NCBI GenBank assembly: GCA_963693365.1 | Contig: CAVNZM010000004.1 | Location: 14,506,524 to 14,570,523 of the forward strand | Direction of reading: 5' to 3' | Length of the DNA stretch: 64,000 bases | Source of the DNA: Amoebidium appalachense | Taxonomy: Eukaryota; Protista; Ichthyosporea | In this document: piece by piece, positions 1 to 12,593 of the stretch | How positions within the stretch are numbered: the stretch's first letter is position 1 | Layout of the letters: every line of letters starts with the position of its first letter | Program-made: the position numbers and the translations under genes | Notes under the pieces: model-generated | Told to the model about the DNA's origin: nothing | Seen by the model: the letters and a program-made list of their open reading frames with translations, nothing else | Database searches by the model: none

Positions 1-1021
1 AGAGGCGCTGCGCCCAGATCTCTTTCAATCGACGAGAAAATACATGTGATATACCTCTGTACGCAAGCCTTGGGGTTTTATATCTGCTGATTCTAATGAA
101 GTGCTTTCTCAGCATATGTCCAGCGCACGCATGAAGTATACTTGTCCTGCATAAGTGGTCCACATGGGCTGCTCACTATTGGCAAAATATCACCGTTGCC
201 ACTTCGCATAGAAGTCGCCATATTTGACTGATAGCGTATTAGATGGCTGTGACTTTAAGCCAATGAAAATCCTAGTTACAAGGTTTGTTAATATTTCCGG
301 GCAGCAGCCCGGTAATTTTATCGCCACATTACTGCTTGGCCAATCACAGGCCTGCTGCTAAGGGAGTCATGTGGGAGTGGCCCCGAACTTACGCACATGT
401 GCACACATGTGCGGAAACGTGCACACACGGCGAGGATGCGTGCCAAAAACACGTGTGTGCTTGCAAAGCCTGTGAGTGCTGCAACGAGCCTCCCTAGAAT
501 TCCACAGCCAGCTCGTGCACGTTCGCATTCGTGGATGGGTATGATATAATGTGTATGTGTGGGCCTACGTATGTAGCCATGCATGCAATGACAATGACTC
601 ATGGTCATGTGCACGTGACATTTAGGGGCTTGGCCAGCTGAATTGCTCTAGTGCGCACATGGCAGTGATGATGGCAATGGCATATGGTGCATGCAATTGT
701 TATATGCATGATGGGCGTAGTACATCAACACATAACTAGTATTATTACTAATGCGATGCATCTATGTTTGATGGGACAGGATTCACTAAATAGGCCCCCC
801 GAGGAATCGGGAGGGTGGGCAACGGGTTTGTTTCAGTATTTAATAATATGGCATCGACTCGGAAGAACGACTTCGTTTTCCCTCAAACGTGCACAGATCC
901 ACCTTGAGCTGTGGCTATTCCAGATGCACGTGGATGGACTACACCTGTACCTGTAGGAGTGTTTGTTACGGTAGCTGGCCAAACCAGGCCTGACTCGTAG
1001 ACAATTGCAGAACACACATGT

Positions 1022-1069
<48 letters not shown>

Positions 1070-1391
1070 GCACACACACACACGCTGCAACGGTGCTGAT
1101 TAAGAGTTCAAATTAATCAGTACACTGCAAAAATTATCAGTGCGTGTGTGGCAAGGAGGCTCTGCAACTGTGTGCACAGTGTGTGTATGGATGTGTGTGT
1201 GTTTGATGTTGCGTGCGTGGCTTGAATCTGAGCATCATACGGTGTGTGGCAGTGTGTGCATGTGCGCATGTGCGTAGGTGTGTAGAAGCGGATTTGTGCC
1301 GCACGTGTGTCTGTGCTTGTGTGTGTGTATGTGTGGCCCGACGGTGTGTCTGTGTGTGTGTACACATGTGTGTGTGTGTGTGGCCCGACGA

Positions 1392-1460
<69 letters not shown>

Positions 1461-1766
1461 GATATAACCATGTTTACAGTGTGTGCGCCCGCGCATGCGT
1501 GCGTGCTTGCGTGTAAGCAGTGCGCGAATTTATGCCGAGCTAATAAATGAATTTTATTGTTTTTTTTGAGTTTGAGAAGGAGGGGTGGGCACTAGTAGTA
1601 AATCATTGAGAGTCCCCCCTGGTAATCCTCCTCCCCCCTCCCCTCCCCCTCCAAAATCTGATCGCCGGGGTGGTGGGTTCCCCCTTCCCCCCCCCCCCCC
1701 CCCCCCCCCCCCGTGCCGCCGCCGGGGGAAGGGGCGGAACCTCATCTTTGGTGTGGTGGTCCCCCC

Positions 1767-1797
<31 letters not shown>

Positions 1798-2838
1798 ACA
1801 CACACACACCCCTCCCCCCTCCCCCCGCCCCCAGTACGGGAAGTCCAACGGCTCCCTGCTGGCCGCGGCTGCGCACCTCTCTTTAGATGTTTCTCGGAGG
1901 CTCCCTCCCCTCCCCTCCCCTCCCCCGCCCCCCTCCGCCCCCCCCTCCCCCCACGCCCCTCCCCCCTCCCCCCCCCCCCCCCCCCTCCCCCCCCCCCCCC
2001 CCCCCCCCTCTCTCAGTAGTGGATGATCACCAACACTAAGTTACCTTTTCCCTTCGTTTTGACCAGCTCTTCGAAATTTGATTAGGCCCTGGGAGGGCTA
2101 CTATATTAGACACAACATGTGTGGCTTGTGTGCCATGTGCGCAAAATGTATGTATATACTACATTCACTGCTGATCACTGTAGTGGCCTGACAATGTGTG
2201 AGTTAACGTCGTGCTACGTGCACATGTTCAAGTTGTGTGAATGGAATGTGCAAGAAGAATGAGCGGAATCACATGGCATTTTACTTGTGTGCCAGAGGAG
2301 AGGGTGTGTGTACATGTGTGTGTCACGGTGCATGTGTCTGTCTGTGTGTTTGTCTCTTTGTGTGTGACATGTATGTGTGTGCTTCCACTGTGCCTTCCGT
2401 GGTATATGTATTTGTATTTGATACGTGTGGGTGTGTGTTTCAGTTGTTGGTTATGATGATGGAAGGATGACGGCGCATGACGCATGGATGATTTGCGCCA
2501 GAGATATTACAGGGAGGGGAAGGGGGGAAGGGGGGGGGAGGGGGGTAAGGGGAATCAGAAAGAGAGAAAAAGAGGAATTTGGAATTATTATATGTCCCAC
2601 GCGTATGCGTGCGTCATTATGCGCCACCATATAGATTACCGTATGATATTACCCTGCGCCAGACTGTGAGCGTTAGTGAGAGTGCGCGCGCGGCTGCATG
2701 CGTGCCTGCGTAGCATGTACAGGGGATCCTTTTTTTTTCCCTCCTGGCTGGCTGTTTCAGTGTGTGTGCGTTTTTCTGTGTTGTATCTGTGTTTGTATGA
2801 CGGTGTGTGTGCGCGAGCTCGCAATGCATGTGTGCGTA

Positions 2839-2872
<34 letters not shown>

Positions 2873-3235
2873 CTATATATACTATATATATTTATGGGTG
2901 TGTGTGCTTTTGTGGAGGGAGGAGGGGGGGGGGAGGGGGGGGAGGGGGGAGGATGCCTAGTGTAAGCAGGTCACAGAGCCTGACAATATTAGATACCGTA
3001 GTGTGATGGTTATTGGATATGGAGAAGTGCCCGGCCCAACTGATCACCTGCGTGGTTTCAAGCTGATGTCCAATATCTACAGAGTATTATCTAAGTCATT
3101 TTTTGGGTGGGCCCTCTGGGTGCTGGTGGCCCCGATCCCCCCCCCCCCCCCCCCCCCCTCCACCTCCTTCTCCCCCCTCCCCCCCCCCCCCCCTCCCCCC
3201 CCCTCCCCCCAACAACCCCTTTTAAAGGGTGGTGG

Positions 3236-3286
<51 letters not shown>

Positions 3287-4108
3287 ATGTACAGCTACCG
3301 CAGGGCCTTCCCATTTCATGAAAATCAAAACAGACCAACGTGGCCGTAAATCGTGACTACGGTACTGAAGTCGAAAAGACGATTATGGTGTGCCCGGAGG
3401 GTGCATGAAGGTGGTGGGACCGGGTGAAGAAGGGAGCGATCGATCTTGTGTGATGAATTGACAAGCCGGTAGATCTAGAGGGGAGAGGGGCACGGGTGCA
3501 AAAATTAGGGTGGGGGGGGAGAGGGGGGGGCGGGGGGGAGGGGGGGGGGGGGGGAAGGGGAGGGGCAGGGGGACATGACATGCATCGTATACGTAATAAT
3601 ATTGAGAAGTGTGCAGCCGCAGTGCTCATGAGCCTAAGGTGCACTGGTGACCTGCAATTGCAGTCCGGAGGCCTAAAAACGGAACAGGGAATTCGCAGGG
3701 AGGGAGGGGAAGGCAACCGTAGACCAAGTGTTGTAACGGTTGTCGGTTCTCAGGCTCTAGGTTCAACCTGCGTCCCTGCAGTTGTGTTGTGGTGTGTGTG
3801 CCCTCTGCACGTGTGCAGTGTCTATGGGCAGAATTAATGATAGTCGGTGCTAATAGTATGAACGTTACAACATGGCGTGGCCCTCTCAGAGACTGTATGT
3901 ATGTGCCTGTGTGCATGTGTGGGTAAGGTACGGGGTTACGTGTTTCTCCCCGTGCCAGCTAGGTGAGTGAGTGTGTGGGCACATGGGTGCACACATGTTT
4001 GTGCGCGTGTACCGTCATATGCCTGTGCATGTTGTGTGTGTGTCAATTTGCATGGCAGGAGTCACAGTGACTGTGTGTGCGTGCGTGCGCCCAACTCGAC
4101 TGTGTGCG

Positions 4109-4140
<32 letters not shown>

Positions 4141-4266
4141 ACTCGTGCACAAGCAGGGCGCTCAATCTTAAGGGATAAGGTCACCCACCCGTTCGACATG
4201 TTTGATTCACGATTCGCACACACCCCTGTAAGCATGTGGGATGGATGGGTACAAGTTGTACCATCA

Positions 4267-4370
4267 TGACATCACTGCTGCATGATCCAGAGCCAATGGG
4301 TGCTCATAATATTTGCAGTGACATCACTGCTGCATGATCCAGAGCCAATGGGTGCTCATAGTATTTGCAG
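4267..4370. repeat. 52-bp tandem duplication
   Basis: tgacatcactgctgcatgatccagagccaatgggtgctcata(a/g)tatttgcag x2. Confidence 0.92.
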
Positions 4371-5099
4371 GGCACCAGGCCCCATCATGTTTGCAGCCCA
4401 AGCAGCATATCATTATTACACTGCAAGGCCAAATCCAACCAGCCAAGTGCATATCATGCATTGACCCCCGAGAATGTCCATGTTGCAGTTTTTACCTCCC
4501 CCCCCTCTCCCCCCCCCCCCTCCTCCCACACACACAGACACGCATGTACACACACACACGTCTGAAAGCCTTAGCACAGTAGCCCTAACTTCTGCGTAAA
4601 TCAAAACGAGAGTATTTGCAATGGCATGCGTTTCGTACAAATGCCACACCTCAGACTCAAATCTAGCACCCACGCAACCAACATCTTGGCTGCGCAATTA
4701 ATAAATACATCTTTAAATAAACATGCGATTCCCGGAAGTCAAGACACACACGTAAGACAATTGCACATACAAAGTTAAAGGATCCTATCTCGGCTACCCC
4801 TACCATTGCCCTACCACACACAGGCAATTGGCCCCAATCATTCTCAATTCTGCCTAACACTCCACCACGGTTGCACAAAAACAGACCAAAGCAAAGGAAT
4901 AAACATGGGGGCACACGACCAGATGATACAATGCCCATGCATGAAGGCACATTCAAAAGGAACCCCAAACAGTACCCACACGATCCCTCTAGTGCCTGCA
5001 GATGGCCACAATGACACGCCATGCATCCACAGGTCAGGGCAAGAAATCTTAAGGTTTCATTGGCGGTTGCTAGGCAACAGCCACGTGCTTGCACGTGCA

Positions 5100-5188
5100 C
5101 TAGTCGTCGTCCCCGTCCCTGCTCCTCTTCCCACGTGCACGTGAGCTCTTGGCTGCTGCACTCTTCTCCTGTTGCGTCTTGGCCTTGA

Positions 5189-5270
<82 letters not shown>

Positions 5271-6481
5271 AGCTTGCATATTTGTGTGCATGCCAGCATG
5301 TGTATGTTAGTGTGTGCGCGCGCATTTGTGAAATCGAATCTCCTAGAATGTAGGAAGAAACCTAACAGTTAGCCGACTAGCCAACAACCCATCAAACCAC
5401 CCCTCCAGCAGACAAAACGAGACTTTGCTCCCAACACGGACACACCACACGAAGCAGGCACGAGCAAGGTCTTGCCTTTGGCTTGCACGTGCATGTTGGA
5501 AGAAGCGAGAAAAGACATGCACATGGTGTTGGTCATTAGAAATGGTGGGTGGGGCCGTGGGTTGGAGGGTGGGTGGGGGGGTGAGAGTTGGGTGTTGGGA
5601 GCGATGGTGTGTAAGTGGGGTGACTCGGTGTGCGCACATGCCTGCGTGTGTAAAAAGTACCACACTTTGGTGTGCTACGTGTGCCGTGCATGCATATGCA
5701 CATTGGTGCTGTTTCAAAGTGAAGCAAAAGGGAAGGGAGGGTGTGGGTGACCACAACAGGCAGTTTCAGATGGATGGGTAGATGGGGGTCATGTGGTGGT
5801 GTGTGCGCCTGTAATTGTGTGTGCGCATGTTTATGGGGGGCGGTGGTGGCAGGCAGGGGGTTGCGGGGGAAGAGAGAGAAACGGATGCGGGGAGGGGGTG
5901 CGGGTTGGAGGGGTCGTGGGTGGGTGGGTGGGTGGGTGGGTGGGTGGGTGGGTGGGGGGGAGCACGTACAATTTCTTCTTCTCCTCGCGCTCTCTCTGTG
6001 CGCGCTTGTCGTCCTCGTTGGCCTTCTTGGCAAGGAACTTGCTGCGCTGCTCGGCTGCAGACAGATAGGTTCAGACAAACAGCCATGCACGTGCCCGTAC
6101 GACCAAGGGGTTGCACGTGCACACAAGTCAAGAGGTTGCACGTGCACACAAGTCCAAGGGGTTGAACGTGCAGGTTGAGCGATTTAGGACGTGCTAAGCA
6201 CACTGCCACACGGGGGCAACAGGTGATGTGTGTGCATTGATGCGTATAAATGGTAAGGGGGGGGGTATGGGGGGGGGGGGGGGGGGGGGAGGGGGGGGGG
6301 GGGGGGGGGGGGGGGCAAGGTCATGGGGTACCGGCGCATGTGCATGTGTGTGAGGGTGTGTGTAGGTGTGTGTGGGCGTGTGTATGTGTGCGTGTAGCTA
6401 TAAGTGCCATGAGGGTGTGAGTAAGATTGCGGGCAAGTGTGTAAGTACGTGTGTGTGTGTGTGTGTGTGTGTGAACTACGA

Positions 6482-6568
<87 letters not shown>

Positions 6569-6741
6569 TACGAGTATATGTGTGTGTGTGTGTGTCATGC
6601 GAGGGCACGCACCCTTCTTCTTCTTCTTCTTGTCGACCTTTTCGTTCCTAACCGTATTAAGTTGCTGCAGCAGCGTGAACAGTTTCTTCTCCTGCGGCTC
6701 CATCACCACCGCACGCTTCTTAAGGTAGCCGTCCGTCTTGC

Positions 6742-6818
<77 letters not shown>

Positions 6819-7255
6819 GTGTGTGTGTGTACGTGAATGTGTGTGTGAATGTGAATGTGGAGTGTGGGCGTGAGCGGATGTGTGTGTGTGTGTTGCTTAC
6901 GTGTGCATTTTGAGTCGTGGGTGGGGCGTCAGTGTGAAAGCCCACATTTGTGGCACATGCCCAGCCCAGCCAAGGTCACACCCTGTGCCTGCTCTAACCT
7001 CGTAAACCCTCTGACCCTCTTTGGCACCAACCAACCAGTGTGGTTTGGTGTGCTGCCCGTGTGCTGCACTGACGTGATCCGGATGGGTGGGTAGCTCCTT
7101 CCACGTGAGTGTATGTGCGTCTTTGGGGAAGGGGGAGGGGGGGGAGTGCTCACCTTCTTCTTCACCAGCTTTGGTTTTGAGGCAAAGGGCAGGGCAGCCT
7201 GCAGAGCCTTAGGCACCTTGAGGGGGTTGAAGTGCCTCTCTGGACGCTCGATGGG

Positions 7256-7353
<98 letters not shown>

Positions 7354-7750
7354 GGCCATTTTCAAACCCACTGCACCCACCCAGCCAAACAAAGTCCCGG
7401 CAAAGTGAGCAACTGTAAAGGTGGGTTGCTGATTGCTGCTTGCCCATTCCCCCTTTGATTATTCATTTACTTAGCTGTTAATTGTGTGTGTGTGTGTGTG
7501 TGGTGGTGGTGGTGGTGGTGGTGGGGGGGGGAGGGGGGAGGCAAGGAGAGCCATTTGGGACATTGCCAAGCAAAGCATAGTGTGTGCGTGTGTGGTAGTC
7601 TCCACTCTTATCTCCTTTTCCTTTCTTGCTTTTCTTGTTCTTCTTGGGACTCTTTTTGAGGGTGCGGATACACGGGGGGAGGGGGGAGGGGGGGGGGGGG
7701 GGAGTGAGGCAGGGAACGTGTTGGGAATGGGATTGCAGGTGCTTGCGTAT

Positions 7751-7798
<48 letters not shown>

Positions 7799-7917
7799 GA
7801 TTGCAACAAGCAGGGTGTGTATGCGTGTGTGCGTGTGCACCTTGTATTCCGAGTCCTTTGAGGTGGGCACGGGGATGCTGCGCTCACGACGCAACTGCCC
7901 AGTGGTCTTCATGCCCT

Positions 7918-7949
<32 letters not shown>

Positions 7950-8043
7950 GAGGGTCAGAGAGGGGCATAGGGTGCACGTGCAATGTTGGGGTTCCTGAGC
8001 ATGGGACAGAGATGACACAAACAGAGCCATGCCGGCATGCACA

Positions 8044-8093
<50 letters not shown>

Positions 8094-8341
8094 GGGGTAA
8101 ATATAGACACACCGCCCTGCAAGCAATGGCCACATTACACCCACACAGGCTCGACAGTAATAGGCATGGACACCATAACAAACCATGGCACAAGGAGGCC
8201 ATGCATAGGCACACAGGCACACAGGCACACACACACACTCGCACACCCCCTCCCCCCACCCGCCCATCTCCCCCCCCCCCCCCCCCCCCCCCACCCACCT
8301 ACCCACCTACACACACAAACGCGCGCACACACACACACATA

Positions 8342-8414
<73 letters not shown>

Positions 8415-8520
8415 CCCAGTCCTCCTTGTCCTTCTGCAGCAGGGTGGTGACGGGGTTGTAGAGTTTGATTGGCTTGACGGGGTACCAGGCCCGCAGGAAC
8501 ACAATGTCTGCGCACGTGGT

Positions 8521-8572
<52 letters not shown>

Positions 8573-9690
8573 GCAATGTGTTTGTGTTGTGTCTCAGGGC
8601 ACATGAATGCACAGGCAACGTTGCCCCCCCCCCCCCCCCCCCCTTCCCCTCTACCCCCCCTCCCCCCCCCCCCCCTCTCCCCCTGCCCCTCCTCCTCCCC
8701 ACACCATCGCCATCCGTAAGGTCTTATTCACTGTGAGGTCCATGTTGCGCCAGATTCAGCAAGCATGTGCTTGGTGTGGGTATAAATTCTTGCCGCCGCC
8801 TATAGCCGTACCATGTAATAAGGAGCCATGCATCCACAGTTCCTAGCCTATATGTGCAAGGGCATAAGGAGCCATGCATCCACAGTTCCTAGCCTATATG
8901 TGCCCATGGGTTGACATACCACTGATGAGGATTTTGTCTTCGAAGGTGGCACGGAACACTCCGGGGGGTTTCTGTGGCCCAACCAGTCAGTGTTATGCCC
9001 CCCTCAAAATATCAAAGGCCCAGTGGGCAGCAACCACACAGCCACGCCATACCTCTGTTTGCCTTTACTTTTCTGCTCAGCAGTTGCCTCCCCCCTCTCC
9101 CCTCCCCCCCCAACCCCTCCCCCTCCCCCCTCTCCCCTCCCCCCCTGCGCCCCTTTACCACCACTACCAGACAACCACCACGACAACAGAGAAAGGAAGG
9201 AAGAAAGAAAGAGGAAAAGGCCCACCCCAACACACAGCTTGAAGTATGCCCGTCACAATCGGCAGACCCCCCCCCCCCCCCCCCCCCCCCCCAACTTTTT
9301 TTTGTTTGTTTGTTTGTTTACCGTGAGGGCCTTCTTGATGCTTCCTCTGATGCCCGACACGGTCCTGATGGAGGCCCCAATGAACTTGGACACTTCTAGA
9401 TCGCTGTGGAACATGTCTGTGGGCCCACGTCTCAGCCACGTGCATGCTAACACGTGTGTCTACACTAGAACTGGCAAGGCTGGAGTGTAACTGCTACAAA
9501 GAGAAAGTATTGTGCATGGGAAATGAATGGAAGAAAAAGGACTTCAGTCTTCATTTTGCATGTACATGCCCCAGGGCTGTGCTATAACTCTTGATATCAA
9601 TGGCCAGGGACCTATATGCCCACACATTCATCTCGGTGGATAATTCTGACTGGGTGGTGTAATGTTGCCACTAGATGTACAGGAAGCATC

Positions 9691-9780
<90 letters not shown>

Positions 9781-11567
9781 TGAGTGTGTGTGTGTGCGTG
9801 CACATGTGTGTGTGTGTGTGTGTGCATGTGTGTGCATGTGTGTGCACATGTGTGTATGTGTGTGCACATGTGTGTGTGTGTGCGCGGGAGTGTGTGTGTG
9901 TGTGCATGTGTGTGTATAAGGCAACATACCCTTGATGAATGCAGTGTTCTTGAAGATCTTAGCCGGTGTGCCCGTCAACTTGAGCTTCTTGACGACCGTA
10001 AATGAGTGGTCCAACTCCAGAACTACACCGGTTAGTGCAATGCGGAATCCGGGCTGCAGACAGGTAGTTGTGTTAGAAATGGTTTCAGGGGGGAGAGGTT
10101 TTGGGTAGTGCTTGGAGTGAGTGAGTGAGGGACTGAGTGAGTGGGTGGGTGGGTGGGTGGGTGAGTGAGGTGAGCGAGCCAGCGAGTGAGTGTGGAAGAT
10201 AGGTGTGGTGATAAGAGGGTGTTACAGATGCGGTTTGAAGGTGGGGGGACAGGGGGGGGGGGGGGTTGGTTGGTTGGTCGGGCAGCCTAACATAATTGGT
10301 GAGAAGACGGGGGGAAGGGGGAGGAGGGAGAGAAGGGTGCGTGGGAGGTTTAGGTTTTGAGCAAGACAAGCAACCCACCGTTGTGCGGGTGAGGCGTTGG
10401 ACCCCAAGGAACCCCGTGTTGGGCGGCGTCAGAGGGCCTGTGGGCACACACATAAATCTCACACCCTTGAAATTTCAAAGTATCAAGCACAGACCACAGG
10501 GCAGCCAGGGCAACCGACAGGAAACAGAAAGAGCAAAATAAATAAATAAAATAAAAAATAGCGAGGTTGAGGGAGGAGGAGGAAGGATTCAATGTGTGGC
10601 CTCAACACTACACCCCTCATGCTTGCCTTGGCTCTTAAGAGGGGCCTGGTGGGGGCAGAGTGAAAGGGGGTGAGTGCCGTGTGCTGATGCCTGTATGAGC
10701 CATGAGCAAGCGCAAGTTTCGGGGAGGGGGAGCAAGGGTGGAGATGGGGGGAGCATGTACCCCAGAACAGGGCGTTGCAGTGCATGTGGTGGGGGGTGTA
10801 TTTGAGCAGGCGGTGCCTCTTGTTGTGGTCCATGATCGAGTACTGCATGACCGTCTGGAACCTTCTCCAGCCCATGCTGATCACCAGCGGGTCGTTGTTC
10901 TTGAGGATGCGCTTGTACCACCGGTGCTTCTTGACACGTGTCTGTGCGTGCACACGTGTTAGGGGGGGTAGATGTGCACGTGTTTGTGGGAGTGGGTGTA
11001 CTCGTGTTGGGGGTGAGGGCGGGGGTGGGGGGGGTTGGGGGGGGGGGATGAGTGTGCACGTGTTCATGGTGTGAGTGTGTGTGTGTGTGTGTGCACGTGC
11101 TAGTGGGGTGGCATGTGTTTGTGCATATGTATCGCCTACATTGCACATATGCTATCACAGCCAATTGCTGACCAGACTTCACCCACACGTGCAAACCCAT
11201 TCACAAGTGCAAGCGTAAGACATTGTACCCTCCTCTCCCTCCAATGGCACAGATCCATGCGTCTCTAACACCCCCCCCCCCCCCCCCCAATACACACACA
11301 CAAGCACGTGCTACCCCCTACACAGCACACACACACGTGCACATGCTGGCTGTGGATGCACCAGCAGCACAAACACCACACACAGGCAGAGGGCACGTAC
11401 GTGGATAAACCCGAGGTTTTCCTCATTAGGCAAGAGGCCGCCAATGATGATTGGATAGCGGGGGTCGAAGTTCTCCACAAACTCACAGGGCACCTTCTCG
11501 ATCTCGATGCGCACATATAGCCCCGGCCGGTAGCCTGCATCCTCCCACCGTCATTTCACTCCCCGAG

Positions 11568-11611
<44 letters not shown>

Positions 11612-11661
11612 AAAAACTCAAGCACAAACATACAATATGAAAGCCCAACATGCCCACTCGT

Positions 11662-11735
<74 letters not shown>

Positions 11736-12513
11736 CGGCACATCCAAGCATGTGCAGCACATGCCCACCAAAAAAGCGTACACCCGAACACACAAGCATA
11801 TGACAGACACATGCCACCCACCACCATCACCCGATCACTTGCCATTCAAAACATCACCAAACACCTCCTCCTTATCACACAACCGCTCCTTCTACCCACC
11901 TTCCCCCCCCCCCCTCACGCACCTTCGTACATGGCACGTGCCTCTTCAGATTCGTTCTCAAACTCCGACCGGTTGATTTTTGCCTGCAGCCCAGTCAGTC
12001 ACCCACCCTAGCACGTGCTTGCATGCACCTGCGCACGACCCCCCTCATCCCCCCCCCCCCCAAAAAAAAAACCTACACCCACACCTGCCCCACTTCTGAT
12101 ACCCCTACCGCCCCATGCTTTGGCCCCCACCTGGTCAGCCAGGGTCTGCTTGATGTCGTCATAGTACTCCGTGTTGTCCTTGTGGTCGTACTCCTTGTCG
12201 AACTGTGCCTTCTTCAGGGCACGCTGGTCCTCAAGGGCTGCTGCCTTGGCTGCCTTGATCTCCGCTGCCCAGGCTGTCAGCATGCACGTGCACATGCCTG
12301 CCCCCCCCCCAACATGCATGCACCCCGCTCACCTCGTGACTGCTCCCTCTCCGTCTCCGTCCTCTCCTCATCCTCATCCACACCCCCCTCCTTGTCCCCC
12401 TCCTCTTTCCCCCCAAACTTCTTGCCTGTCTCCAAATCTTCAAAGTCTCCATAGAGCTCTTCGTCGTCTGACCCACGGCCCTCGCCCTGCAGGAATACAA
12501 GTGAGAGCGTGGC

Positions 12514-12593
<80 letters not shown>

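Noticed and set aside
299-318. GCAGCAGCCCGGTAATT resembling the SSU rRNA 515-530 motif
   Set aside because: Short imperfect match with no flanking rRNA similarity
8921-8945. Hammerhead-like CTGATGAG...CGAA on plus strand
   Set aside because: It is the antisense of BMS1 coding sequence FEDKILIS and lacks the GAAA core
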